64,000 nt of DNA from Bacillota bacterium (GTDB taxonomy: Bacteria > Bacillota_I > Bacilli_A > ML615J-28 > CAG-698), in the NCBI GenBank assembly GCA_016280895.1, contig JAEEHM010000063.1, positions 5,392 through 69,391 of the forward strand. Direction: 5' to 3'. A program made the translations under genes and the position numbers. How positions within the stretch are numbered: the stretch's first letter is position 1; the number at the start of each line of letters is the position of its first letter. Under the pieces are notes generated by a model that was not told the origin of the DNA, ran no database searches, and saw only the letters and a program-made list of their open reading frames with translations. Shown piece by piece: positions 19,229-29,194 of this stretch.

Positions 19229-21268
19229 ATGACTGAATTAAGCAAAGTACCCTATTTATCTGCTAAGCAAGTAAGCTTATTTAAAAAGAATAATATTAAT
19301 ACAGTCATTGACTTGTTATATAGTTTCCCCTCAAGATTTGAAGATTACACAATAGTAGCATTTGATGATGTTTTAGATCTAACAAAGGTTGTTACTATTG
19401 CTGGTATTGTTCAAAGTAAAGCAACAGTAATGAATTTAAAAACATCACTTACTATGATGAATTTCTTTGCTGATGTTGATGGTAATGTTATTAAAGTCAC
19501 AATCTTTAATCGACAATTTCTAAAAACAAAAATTCATTATGGAAAATATGTAAGACTTACTGGTAAATTTGATGCTAATAAGAAAAGATTTACTGCAAGT
19601 GAAATTGCATTTGATGAATTTGATAATCCAATTACACCAATCTTTAATCTTAAAGGAATTGATGATAAAAAAATATTAGAATTAAAAGAAAAATTATACG
19701 AAGATTATGAAGATGAAATAAAAGAAGAATTACCTGCATATGTTCGTAATAAATATAATTTAATTCCAATTAAAGCTGCTATTAGAAATATAAATATTCC
19801 TGAGGAAATGAATGATACTTATAAAGCAATTCGTAGAATTAAATTTGAGGAATTGTTGAAGCATCAATTAAAAGTACGTTATATGTTCTACCGTCGAAAG
19901 AACAATCCTGAAGGAGTAAAGATAGATTATAATAAAGAAAAGGTACAAGCATTTATTGATAGATTACCTTTTAAATTAACAGTTGATCAAAATAAGGCAC
20001 TTGATGATATATTAGGTGATATTTCATCAACATATAAAATGAATAGATTATTGCAAGGTGAGGTTGGTAGTGGTAAAACTGTAGTTGCTGCAATTGCATT
20101 ATATGCAGTTGTAACTGCTGGTTATCAAGGTGCTATTATGGTACCAACTGAAGTTTTATCTTTCCAACATTATAAAACATTTAGTGATTTCTTTGGTAAG
20201 ATGTTTAATGATGAAGAAGTAAAAGTTGCTTTGCTTACATCTTCGGTTAGTCCAAAAGATAAGAAAGCAATTCTTGAGGGTTTAGAGGATGGTTCAATAG
20301 ATATTGTTGTAGGTACACATTCATTGATTCAAAAAGATGTTTCATTCCATCGATTAGGTCTTGTAGTTACTGATGAAGAGCATCGTTTTGGAGTTAAGCA
20401 AAGAGTATCGATGGTTGGTAAGGGATATTTAATTGACCATTTAAAAATGTCGGCTACACCAATTCCTAGAACTCTAGCTATTAGCTTGTTGGGTGAAAGT
20501 GATATTTCTATCATCAAAACACTTCCAGGTAATAGAAAAGAAGTTATCACAAAATATGTGAAAAAATCATCAAATGCTGATGTAATTGAACATATTAAGG
20601 GACAACTTGCATTAGGACATCAAGCTTATTTTATTACACCTACTATTGAACAAAGCGAAACACTTGATATTGAGAATGCACTACAAATATTTGAACGCGT
20701 TAAAATCGCATTTAAAGGTATTGCGAAAGTAGGCTTAATTCATGGTAAGTTAAAAACTGAAGAAAAAGAGGCAGTAATGAAAGCTTTCTATGATAATGAG
20801 ATTCAGTTATTAGTTGCTACTTCAGTAATTGAGGTTGGTGTCAATGTAGTTAATGCGACTACAATGGTAATACTAGATGCTGATCGTTTTGGTATTTCAC
20901 AGCTTCACCAAATGCGAGGTCGTGTTAGAAGAAGTGATGCACAAGCATATTGCTTCTTAGTTAGTGATAGTGAAGTTGAATCTTCTATTAAAAGACTTAA
21001 ATTAGTTGAATCTACAAATGATGGTTTCCAATTAGCAGAAGAAGACTTACTAATTAGAGGACCTGGTGAAATATTTGGTGAAAAACAAAGTGGAAATCAA
21101 ATGTTTAAGATGGCAGATATTGTTGTTGATAGTGACATTTTAGATGAAGCAAACATTTGCGCAAACGAAATGATTGATTCTAAACAATTATTTGAAAATG
21201 AAGAATATAAAGTATTATTTGATATAGCAGAAGCTAATTATCAAGCTAAGAAAGAAATGATAGAATAA
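19229..21268 (+). CDS. recG: ATP-dependent DNA helicase RecG
   Basis: Wedge domain plus helicase motifs 'GEVGSGKT', 'DEEHRFG' and 'TATPIPRT'. RBS AAAGGAG. Confidence 0.9.
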   Translation: MTELSKVPYLSAKQVSLFKKNNINTVIDLLYSFPSRFEDYTIVAFDDVLDLTKVVTIAGIVQSKATVMNLKTSLTMMNFFADVDGNVIKVTIFNRQFLKTKIHYGKYVRLTGKFDANKKRFTASEIAFDEFDNPITPIFNLKGIDDKKILELKEKLYEDYEDEIKEELPAYVRNKYNLIPIKAAIRNINIPEEMNDTYKAIRRIKFEELLKHQLKVRYMFYRRKNNPEGVKIDYNKEKVQAFIDRLPFKLTVDQNKALDDILGDISSTYKMNRLLQGEVGSGKTVVAAIALYAVVTAGYQGAIMVPTEVLSFQHYKTFSDFFGKMFNDEEVKVALLTSSVSPKDKKAILEGLEDGSIDIVVGTHSLIQKDVSFHRLGLVVTDEEHRFGVKQRVSMVGKGYLIDHLKMSATPIPRTLAISLLGESDISIIKTLPGNRKEVITKYVKKSSNADVIEHIKGQLALGHQAYFITPTIEQSETLDIENALQIFERVKIAFKGIAKVGLIHGKLKTEEKEAVMKAFYDNEIQLLVATSVIEVGVNVVNATTMVILDADRFGISQLHQMRGRVRRSDAQAYCFLVSDSEVESSIKRLKLVESTNDGFQLAEEDLLIRGPGEIFGEKQSGNQMFKMADIVVDSDILDEANICANEMIDSKQLFENEEYKVLFDIAEANYQAKKEMIE

Positions 21269-21277
21269 GGAGTTTAT

Positions 21278-22312
21278 ATGACTGATACTACACGTATTAA
21301 ACTTGCTGTTGATGCTATGGGTGGAGATTTTGCCCCTAAAGAAATAGTTAAAGGCGTCAATTTAGCAATCAAAAACAATCCTAATTTAGAATTAGTATTA
21401 TATGGTGATGAAAGTCAAATAAAGGAATATTTAGAAGAAAATGAACGTGTTTCTATTGTTCATTGTAGTTCAAAATTAGATATGGGAGTTAAGGATCCTA
21501 TTAGAGAAATCAGAACAAACAAAGATTTATCACTTTCAAAAGCATTTCAAGCAGTTCATGATCACGAATGTGCTGGTGCTGTAACATGTGGCCCTACTCA
21601 AGGAGTTGTTGTAGCAGCTCATATGATTGTTAAAAAAGTGCCAGGAATGCAAAGAATTGCCTTGTGTCCAATTATGCCAGAATTTGGTGGAAAGAGTAGA
21701 TTACTATTAGATGTTGGTGCTAATGTTGAACTTAGACCTGAACATATTGTGCAAATAGCTCATTTTGCATCTGTTTATTTAAAGGAATCTAATGGAGTAG
21801 AAAATCCTTTAGTTGGTTTAGTAAACATTGGTTCTGAACCAGGTAAGGGAAGAGAAGTAGATAAAGAAACTTATGAAGCATTAAAGAATGATCCACAAAT
21901 TAATTTCTTCGGAAATATTGAACCAAAAGAAATGTTCTTTAGTGATTGTGATATTTTAGTAACTGATGGTTATTGTGGTAATCTTGTATTAAAAACATTA
22001 GAAGGTACTGCAAAAGCTGTTGGTAAAGAATTAGAGAAAGCAATTAAATCTTCATTTTGGTCTTCTTTAGGCTATGTATTATTTATGAAAGGTGCGATGA
22101 AGAAGTTCAAGAAAAAAGTATCTGGCGATGATGTCGGTGGTGCCTTATTATTTGGTGTCGATGGTGTTATTGTTAAGAGCCATGGTTCATCAAATGCATA
22201 TACTTTCAGCAAAGCTATTGAAAGATGTGCAATGGGTGTTCGCGGAAATTACGTTGAAGTCATGAAACAAAGACTTAGCGCAGAATCTTCTGATCAAAAT
22301 CAAGATAAATAA
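21278..22312 (+). CDS. plsX: Phosphate acyltransferase PlsX
   Basis: 'KLAVDAMGGDFAP' N-terminus; full-length PlsX. Confidence 0.9.
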   Translation: MTDTTRIKLAVDAMGGDFAPKEIVKGVNLAIKNNPNLELVLYGDESQIKEYLEENERVSIVHCSSKLDMGVKDPIREIRTNKDLSLSKAFQAVHDHECAGAVTCGPTQGVVVAAHMIVKKVPGMQRIALCPIMPEFGGKSRLLLDVGANVELRPEHIVQIAHFASVYLKESNGVENPLVGLVNIGSEPGKGREVDKETYEALKNDPQINFFGNIEPKEMFFSDCDILVTDGYCGNLVLKTLEGTAKAVGKELEKAIKSSFWSSLGYVLFMKGAMKKFKKKVSGDDVGGALLFGVDGVIVKSHGSSNAYTFSKAIERCAMGVRGNYVEVMKQRLSAESSDQNQDK

Positions 22313-23010
22313 TGAAGATAAGCGAAGAATTTAAAAATCAGTTTGATGTACTTGCAAAAAAACTACAAATAAGCTATAAGAATATCAATCTTTATTATGA
22401 AGCTTTTATTCATCCTTCTTACGCAAATGAGAAGAAATTAAATGTAGATTATGAAAGATTAGAATTCTTAGGAGATGCAATTCTTGACTTTTTAGTTGGA
22501 GAATATTTATACAAAACTTATAATTACAATGAAGGAAATATGACTAAGATTAGAGCGGAATATGTTTGTGAGCAAGCAAATTCCGAATACGCAATTGAGA
22601 TGGGTCTTAATGAACTCATCTTGGTTGGTAATGGGGCAAGAAAAGCAAATGAACATAAAAGAGATTCAGTTTTAGGAAATGTGTTTGAATCTTTTTTAGG
22701 TGCTTTATACTTAGATCATGATATGGATTATGTAAGAGAGATTCTAAAAATATGGGTATTTCCAAAAATCAAAGAATTGAAAAATGAATTCTTCATGGAT
22801 TATAAAACAAAATTACAAGAATACATGCAAGCTGAAAGGGGAGAAAATCCCACTTATGTAATTGTGAAAGAAAGTGGACCACCTCATGATAAAACATTTG
22901 AAGCTGTTGTAATGGCTGATAATGTGAAACTTGGAAGTGGTATTGGAAAGAAAAGAAAAGATGCGGAACAAGCAGCCGCAAAAGAAGCATTAGATAAACT
23001 CGCAAAATAA
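22312..23010 (+). CDS. rnc: Ribonuclease III
   Basis: 'ERLEFLGDAILD' catalytic signature plus a C-terminal dsRBD. 1-nt overlap (TAATG) with plsX. Confidence 0.9.
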   Translation: MKISEEFKNQFDVLAKKLQISYKNINLYYEAFIHPSYANEKKLNVDYERLEFLGDAILDFLVGEYLYKTYNYNEGNMTKIRAEYVCEQANSEYAIEMGLNELILVGNGARKANEHKRDSVLGNVFESFLGALYLDHDMDYVREILKIWVFPKIKELKNEFFMDYKTKLQEYMQAERGENPTYVIVKESGPPHDKTFEAVVMADNVKLGSGIGKKRKDAEQAAAKEALDKLAK

Positions 23011-23024
23011 TAAGAGGAGGGCAT

Positions 23025-23654
23025 ATGTCTCAATATTACACATTGCTGGTAAATGGCAAGTTAGATTTTGAAGAATTATTATTAGAAAAATATACTTTAA
23101 TAGGTTTAGATGAGGCAGAATGCATCCTACTTATTAAGCTAAAAAAGATATTAAAAGACAACAAGCACACAAATGAAGTTGCTTTAATTAAATCACTACA
23201 TGAAGAAATGACTTTATCAGAAAAAGACTTAAGTGAAAAAATATTGAAGCTAATTAATTCTGATTACATTACTCTTGATGAAGAAAATGAAGGCTTTACT
23301 TTAAATGGTACTTTTAAAAGACTTTCTTATTTATATGATAGTGAAGAAGAAAACACTAATAAAGAAGAGAATATCACTGATTTAAAAAAATGTGCTTCTT
23401 TAATTGAAAAAGAATGTGAACACTTATTAAGTCCTACTGAACTTGAAGTTATCAAACATTGGATAGAAGTGGACAAGTTCTCTTTTGATGAAATAAAAGA
23501 AGCGACATTAAATGCAGTAAGTCATAAGAAGAAAAGTGTTAAGTACATTGATGTCTTTTTAAACAAGGATAAAGAAAAGAAGATAAGCCCAAGCATCGGT
23601 GAAAACGATGAATTAAGTGAGCTTTTTAAATCAGCAATTTATGGAAAAAAATAA
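23025..23654 (+). CDS. DnaD-like replication initiation/primosome protein (tentative)
   Basis: An acidic 209-aa protein with C-terminal 'ELEVIKHWIEVDKFSFDEIKEATLNAVS' resembling the DnaD/DnaB_2 DDBH2 domain. Sits immediately upstream of nth, as dnaD does in B. subtilis. Confidence 0.45.
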   Translation: MSQYYTLLVNGKLDFEELLLEKYTLIGLDEAECILLIKLKKILKDNKHTNEVALIKSLHEEMTLSEKDLSEKILKLINSDYITLDEENEGFTLNGTFKRLSYLYDSEEENTNKEENITDLKKCASLIEKECEHLLSPTELEVIKHWIEVDKFSFDEIKEATLNAVSHKKKSVKYIDVFLNKDKEKKISPSIGENDELSELFKSAIYGKK

Positions 23655-24267
23655 AGCTTATGAAATCCTAAACAAGCTTAAAGAGATGTATCCAGATGCT
23701 AAATGTGAGCTTAATTATTCATCAGCATTTGAACTATTAGTTGCCGTTTCACTGTCAGCACAAACTACTGATAAAAGAGTAAATATGGTGACAGCTGAAT
23801 TGTTTAAAAGATACAAGGATGCCAGTGAACTAGCTGAGGCTAATTATTCAGATGTATATGAAATACTTAAAAGCTTAGGACTTGCGACAACAAAAAGCCA
23901 AAATCTTATCGCATTAAGTAAAAAACTAGTAGAAGTTTATAAAGGAAAAGTTCCTAGCACAAGAGATGAATTATGTACTCTTCCTGGTATTGGTAGAAAG
24001 AGCGCCAATGTAGTACTTTTAGAATATTTCAAAAAACCGGCTTTAGCTGTTGATACTCATGTTAAAAGATGCGCAAATCGACTGGGATTAAGTGAAGAAG
24101 ATGATGTTTTAAAAATAGAAAAGGATTTATGTTCTTTGTTTAATGAAGAAGATTATTATTCATTGCATCACTCTTTAATCTTTTTTGGAAGATATTTTTG
24201 TAAATCTGTAAATCCAGTTTGTGATAAATGTCCTTTCATTAATATTTGTAAAATAAAAAGACCTTGA
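23641..24267 (+). CDS. nth: Endonuclease III
   Basis: HhH-GPD 'LVAVSLSAQTTDKRVN'. [4Fe-4S] cluster 'CKSVNPVCDKCPFINIC'. Start set to ATG 23641 by N-terminal length comparison with Bacillus Nth; it overlaps the upstream gene by 14 nt. Confidence 0.9.
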   Translation: MEKNKAYEILNKLKEMYPDAKCELNYSSAFELLVAVSLSAQTTDKRVNMVTAELFKRYKDASELAEANYSDVYEILKSLGLATTKSQNLIALSKKLVEVYKGKVPSTRDELCTLPGIGRKSANVVLLEYFKKPALAVDTHVKRCANRLGLSEEDDVLKIEKDLCSLFNEEDYYSLHHSLIFFGRYFCKSVNPVCDKCPFINICKIKRP

Positions 24268-24282
24268 TAGGTCTTTTTCTTT
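24256..24282. terminator. Bidirectional terminator (nth + / rqcH -)
   Basis: aaaagacc-ttgata-ggtctttt hairpin; the nth stop lies in the loop. Confidence 0.6.
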
Positions 24283-25846
24283 ATGATAACTTTGCATGTT
24301 TATTAATATAATCAATTGATGGATCAGCATATGCAGTTTTTTCATGAGTATAGATTACATTAGAACCTAATTCTCCTTTTATTTTCTTTACCCATTTTAT
24401 TTGGGTGTAGTCAACACAGACATGAACTGATTCTCTTGCTTTAGAATAATATGCTGCAATATTAGCTGCTATTTGAATGCTTTTCTCATTTAATTGTCCA
24501 ACTAAGATAACATGAGAACCAGCTATGCTTTTAGCGTGGAACCAATAATCACCTTGATGCGCAAATTCATGAGTTAAATAATTATTTTGAACATTGTTTT
24601 TGCCGAAATAATAAATATTATTATCAGAATCTATATATTTAGCCAAATGAGGTTTTGTTTTCTTGGTAGCTGATTTTCTTAATCCTAATTCAATCATTAT
24701 TTCTTTTAAATCACCTATTTTAGAATAATCAAGATATGTGATATTATCACTATAATACTCTATTTGTTTCTCAGTTTCTTTTATTTGATTACCTAAATTA
24801 TCAATTGTTCGTTTGTTCTTTTTTATTTTATTATAATAAGCCTCAATATTCTCACTTGCTTTTAATTTTGGATTCAAAGGAATAGTGATATTTTCTTGAG
24901 TTTCATAATCTATTAAATCGATTTTATCAGTATATGGTTTAATTAAATAGAAATTAGCTTTTAATAAATTAGCATATTTTTCTAAAGTTTCATTGTTTTT
25001 CGCATTCTCTAATTCTATTTTTTGTTTTTCTAATTTGTTTTTGGCTTTTTCTAATTCTTTGTTTAAATATTTCTTTGTGTTAATTAAATCTTGACTTTCA
25101 CTTGTTTGTTTTTGAATATCCTCATAATAATATTCTAATAATTCAGAGAGGCTATTAAAATAAATCCTTTCTCCATATATTGTTTTTAAATCAGTGTAAT
25201 AAAAAATATATTTATCATTTTTTATTAATACTGGCTTTATTTCATATTTTAAGAAGGCATTAAGTCCAACTTCTCTAATTTCTTGGCTTGCTTGTTTTGA
25301 TAAACCTTGTAATAGTGAAGGATCAAGATTATCAGCTTGTTTATATGGATTTAATTTGTCATCCTTTAGTGCTTCGTATTTAATACCTGTTTTTATTAAA
25401 TGGGCATCAGTTAAATATGATTTTTTCACAGCTTCTAAAATGATATCATCATTATTAGTTACAATTAGATTGCTGTTTTTACCCATCAGTTCCAAATACA
25501 ATTTGTATTTAAGGACGTATCCTAAATCATCAATACCATCTAGGCTGATAATGACAAGTCGATCATTTTCAAATTGAGAAATATCAGTAATGACTGCCGA
25601 TTGTAGATGCTTTGAAAAATAATTTGCAAGAATCGCATTTGATGCTAAGAATTCCTTATCAGACATGCGAATATGTGCATGAGAAGGACTTACTGATATT
25701 AAAAATGTTTTTTTATTTGATAAATAAAAAGCATAATCAGTATCATTAATTGGAATGATTTTATGTATTTTCTTGCCTATAACATCATCTTTTATTTCAT
25801 TTATTAAATTGTGTAAGAATAAACCATCTAATGCCATATCTTTCAC
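24281..25846 (-). CDS. rqcH: Ribosome quality-control protein RqcH (FbpA/NFACT family)
   Basis: NFACT-N N-terminus 'MALDGLFLHNLINEI'. Central coiled coil. NFACT-R 'DYWFHAKSIAGSHVIL'. Confidence 0.7.
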   Translation of the reverse strand: MKDMALDGLFLHNLINEIKDDVIGKKIHKIIPINDTDYAFYLSNKKTFLISVSPSHAHIRMSDKEFLASNAILANYFSKHLQSAVITDISQFENDRLVIISLDGIDDLGYVLKYKLYLELMGKNSNLIVTNNDDIILEAVKKSYLTDAHLIKTGIKYEALKDDKLNPYKQADNLDPSLLQGLSKQASQEIREVGLNAFLKYEIKPVLIKNDKYIFYYTDLKTIYGERIYFNSLSELLEYYYEDIQKQTSESQDLINTKKYLNKELEKAKNKLEKQKIELENAKNNETLEKYANLLKANFYLIKPYTDKIDLIDYETQENITIPLNPKLKASENIEAYYNKIKKNKRTIDNLGNQIKETEKQIEYYSDNITYLDYSKIGDLKEIMIELGLRKSATKKTKPHLAKYIDSDNNIYYFGKNNVQNNYLTHEFAHQGDYWFHAKSIAGSHVILVGQLNEKSIQIAANIAAYYSKARESVHVCVDYTQIKWVKKIKGELGSNVIYTHEKTAYADPSIDYINKHAKLS

Positions 25847-25954
25847 CTTTTAAATTATTATAACATAGTTTTCATATTTTTTCACAAAAATATATTTTTT
25901 TCTTTTATTTTTTATTGCTTTGTAGTATAATATATGCAAGTAGGAGATAAGTGC

Positions 25955-26590
25955 ATGAAATTAGATAATAGAGGATTACTTATAGTTATTTCTGGACCAA
26001 GTGGTGTTGGAAAAGGAACTGTCCGTAAAGCGCTATTTGAAAGAAAAGGACATGATTTAGTATATTCTGTTTCTATGACAACTAGACAACCTCGTGCTGG
26101 TGAAGTAGAAGGAAAAGATTATTATTTTGTTTCAAAAGAAGAATTTGAAGAAAGAATTAAAGAAGGAAAATTTTTAGAGTACACAAAATTTGTAGGTAAT
26201 TATTATGGTACTCCTCTAGATCGAGTTGAAGAACAACTAGATTTAGGAAAAGAAGTAGTACTTGAAATAGAAGTTGAAGGGGCTAAGCAAGTAAGAAAGA
26301 AAATGAAAGATGCTATCTTTATTTTCATTGCTCCACCAACAATGGCTGATTTAAAAGCAAGACTTACAAGTAGAGGTACTGAAAGCGAAGAAATAATTAA
26401 AGAAAGATATCAAAAAGCATGTCGAGAAATCGGACTTGCATATTTGTATAATTACATTGTAGTAAATGATACAGTAGAAAATGCAGCTGATAAAATTATC
26501 GCTATTATCAGAAGTGAACATGCACGCACAATACGTAGTATTTCCGGATATAAGAAATTATTAGAGGAGGCAAATAATGAACATGACTAA
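25955..26590 (+). CDS. gmk: Guanylate kinase
   Basis: '[12 protein letters not shown]' P-loop. Start at ATG 25955, after AGGAGA. Confidence 0.9.
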   Translation: MKLDNRGLLIVISGPSGVGKGTVRKALFERKGHDLVYSVSMTTRQPRAGEVEGKDYYFVSKEEFEERIKEGKFLEYTKFVGNYYGTPLDRVEEQLDLGKEVVLEIEVEGAKQVRKKMKDAIFIFIAPPTMADLKARLTSRGTESEEIIKERYQKACREIGLAYLYNYIVVNDTVENAADKIIAIIRSEHARTIRSISGYKKLLEEANNEHD

Positions 26591-26792
26591 TGAGAATGAT
26601 GGAATTAGATATCCATCAATCGACCAATTATCTAAAAAGACTGACTCAAAATATAAATTAGTAATTGGTGCTGCAAAACGTGCTAAAGAAATAAACGCTG
26701 GCGATGAAGTTTTAGTTAAAAATCCTAAAAGTAAAAAAGCCATCGGTGAAGCACTAGAAGAAATTCTTGAAGATGATGTTATTATAAAATAA
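26577..26792 (+). CDS. rpoZ: DNA-directed RNA polymerase subunit omega
   Basis: '[28 protein letters not shown]' is typical RpoZ. GAGGAGG RBS. 14-nt overlap with gmk. Confidence 0.8.
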   Translation: MNMTNENDGIRYPSIDQLSKKTDSKYKLVIGAAKRAKEINAGDEVLVKNPKSKKAIGEALEEILEDDVIIK

Positions 26793-26802
26793 TAATTACT
26801 AG

Positions 26803-26834
26803 AAAAACTAATCATAGATGTGATTAGTTTTTTC
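26803..26834 (+). terminator. Rho-independent terminator
   Basis: aaactaatca-tagatg-tgattagttt followed by TTTT. Confidence 0.65.
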
Positions 26835-26899
26835 AATTATTATTCTTTATATTTAGCTTAAAATATGGTAAAATAAGATACAAGAAGGAGGTTAAAGCG

Positions 26900-29194
26900 A
26901 TGAATACATACGCAAAGGTTATTGTTGATATTAAAAATGATTTTTGTAATGATGGATTTGATTATTCTATTCCAGAATCTTTAAAAGAATTCGTTGGTGT
27001 GGGAAGCCGTGTTCTTGTTCCTTTTGGAAATCAAGATTTATTGGGATATGTACTTGAAATCAAAGAAACATCTGAATATGCAAGTAATGTCAAGGATATT
27101 AAAGAAGTCTTAGATTATGAAAAAGAATTAACTTCATCACAAATCGAGATTGCTAAATATATCACAGATAGATATTATGTAAGCATGGTAAGTGTATTAG
27201 AACTTATGATTCCTTCATTCTTAAAAGGACAAAAAAGAAAATATATTGAAGTTAAGGATTATGATAAATTATCACCATCACTAGCTTTATTATTTAATGG
27301 TAAGAAAAGATTTCCAATTGATAAGCGAATAGAGGCTGTATATGAAGATATTAAGAAAGAAATCAAAAAAGAAAACATTACTTTAAATTATGATCTTTAT
27401 ACCTATGGAAATGGTAAAAAGAGAAAAGAATATTATGTTGGTAGTGATGATATCGTTGATTTTAAGAGTCAAAAAAGAAAATATATTTATGAATATGTAA
27501 AAGAAAATCCAAATGTAAGTGAAGATAATATCATCACATATTTAGATTGTACTTATAATCTAATTAGAGAAATGTGTAAGGATAAAACATTGAAATATCA
27601 TGAAGTACCTATTATTTATGATGAAAATCAGGCTTTAGAAAATATAAGTACTTATAAATGGTCATATGATGATACATTAACTTTAAATAGATTTTTAGGA
27701 TCTAAGAAAAAGAAATTCTTACTTCATTCCAACAAAGAAGATTTCAAGATTAATTTCTACATTAAGATTATTGAAGAAAGTAAGAAAAAGGGACTTCCTG
27801 TCCTTATTACTTGTCCAACAATAATGTTGGAAGAAGAAATATTAATGTACTTAAAACGTTATTTAAAAGGCTATAAGATTTATGGTAATAGTAGTAAAAA
27901 TACTAAAAAAGATCGTTATGAAGTCTTCATGAATGCGAAATATGATAATTTAGATTGTTTGGTTACAACACATAGTGGTCTATTTATGCCATTTGAAAAA
28001 TTAGGTGCAATAATTGTTGTTGATGAAGAAAATCCAAATTATATCAATGAGAATTATCCTTATTATAATGGAATTGATGTTTTAGAAAAAATGTCGGAAA
28101 TATATGATGCATATTTCATAATGACATCAATATCTCCATCAATTGATACATATTATAAAGCTAATAAGGGTGAATATGAATTAATAAGTGCCAATGAGAG
28201 TAGATTTGGAAAGAATTTTGAAATCATTGACATGAAGGAAGAAATCTTAAATGGTAGTAGTTCTAATATCAGTGATACACTAAAAAAAGCGATGACATCA
28301 GAACTTGAAAAAGGACATCAAATAATGTTGCTTGTATCTAATAAAGCATATCTAGGTCTTATGCGATGTAGAAATTGTGGTAGAGTTTTAAGATGCCCTG
28401 ATTGTAAATTACCGCTTATTTATTTTAAGAGTAAAGATTATGCAACTTGTAATTATTGTGGCTATAAATTACATGATTATCACACATGTCCAACATGTGG
28501 TGGTGAAATGATGGGACTTTCTTATGGTGAAGAGAAAATATCAGAAGAAATTCAAGAAATGTTTCCAGATAAACATGTATTAGATGTAAATGCAAGTTTA
28601 ATGAATAAACAGGAAGATTACACAAAGGCCTTAAATGATATTGAAGAGAATAATGTAGATATAATCATTGGAACTAATATTTTATCTAAACGTATTAAAA
28701 GTGATAATATCAAATTAGTCGCAATCATTAATGCCGATATGTATTTAAATTCTAATGGCCATAAAGCGAACGAACAAACATTTAACTTAGTTTCCAAATT
28801 AAACAACAAAGAACATGTTATTGTTCAATCATTTTATCCAGAAAATAGAGTTTTAAATTTAGCTGCGATTGATGATTATGATACATATTTTGAAGAAGAA
28901 TTAGAAAATCGTAAAATATTAGGATATGATCCATTTATGGAAATTAATCGTGTCACATTTACTGGTGATTTTAAAGAAATATATCATGCTGCTAATTATT
29001 TTAAGAAGTTCTATACTAAGGCTGTCAATGAGAATTGTTTAGGCCCAAGCTATGATAGTAAGGTAAGAGGTACTAAATTAATCTTGAAGCATAATGACTT
29101 TGATAAGGTAAAATATATTGTGAAAGACACAAAAGAAAAATTTAAAAATTTACGTGTTTTAGTAAATTATGAAAGAAATCCAAAGGTGATATAA
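26900..29194 (+). CDS. priA: Primosomal protein N' (PriA) homolog with degenerate helicase motifs I/II
   Basis: Cys-rich Zn ribbon 'CRNCGRVLRCPDCKLPLIYF...CNYCGYKL...CPTCGG' and PriA length/architecture. Where Walker A would be ('FLLHGVTGSGKTE') the sequence reads 'FLLHSNKEDFKIN'. Motif II reads 'VVDEENP'. Confidence 0.75.
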   Translation: MNTYAKVIVDIKNDFCNDGFDYSIPESLKEFVGVGSRVLVPFGNQDLLGYVLEIKETSEYASNVKDIKEVLDYEKELTSSQIEIAKYITDRYYVSMVSVLELMIPSFLKGQKRKYIEVKDYDKLSPSLALLFNGKKRFPIDKRIEAVYEDIKKEIKKENITLNYDLYTYGNGKKRKEYYVGSDDIVDFKSQKRKYIYEYVKENPNVSEDNIITYLDCTYNLIREMCKDKTLKYHEVPIIYDENQALENISTYKWSYDDTLTLNRFLGSKKKKFLLHSNKEDFKINFYIKIIEESKKKGLPVLITCPTIMLEEEILMYLKRYLKGYKIYGNSSKNTKKDRYEVFMNAKYDNLDCLVTTHSGLFMPFEKLGAIIVVDEENPNYINENYPYYNGIDVLEKMSEIYDAYFIMTSISPSIDTYYKANKGEYELISANESRFGKNFEIIDMKEEILNGSSSNISDTLKKAMTSELEKGHQIMLLVSNKAYLGLMRCRNCGRVLRCPDCKLPLIYFKSKDYATCNYCGYKLHDYHTCPTCGGEMMGLSYGEEKISEEIQEMFPDKHVLDVNASLMNKQEDYTKALNDIEENNVDIIIGTNILSKRIKSDNIKLVAIINADMYLNSNGHKANEQTFNLVSKLNNKEHVIVQSFYPENRVLNLAAIDDYDTYFEEELENRKILGYDPFMEINRVTFTGDFKEIYHAANYFKKFYTKAVNENCLGPSYDSKVRGTKLILKHNDFDKVKYIVKDTKEKFKNLRVLVNYERNPKVI

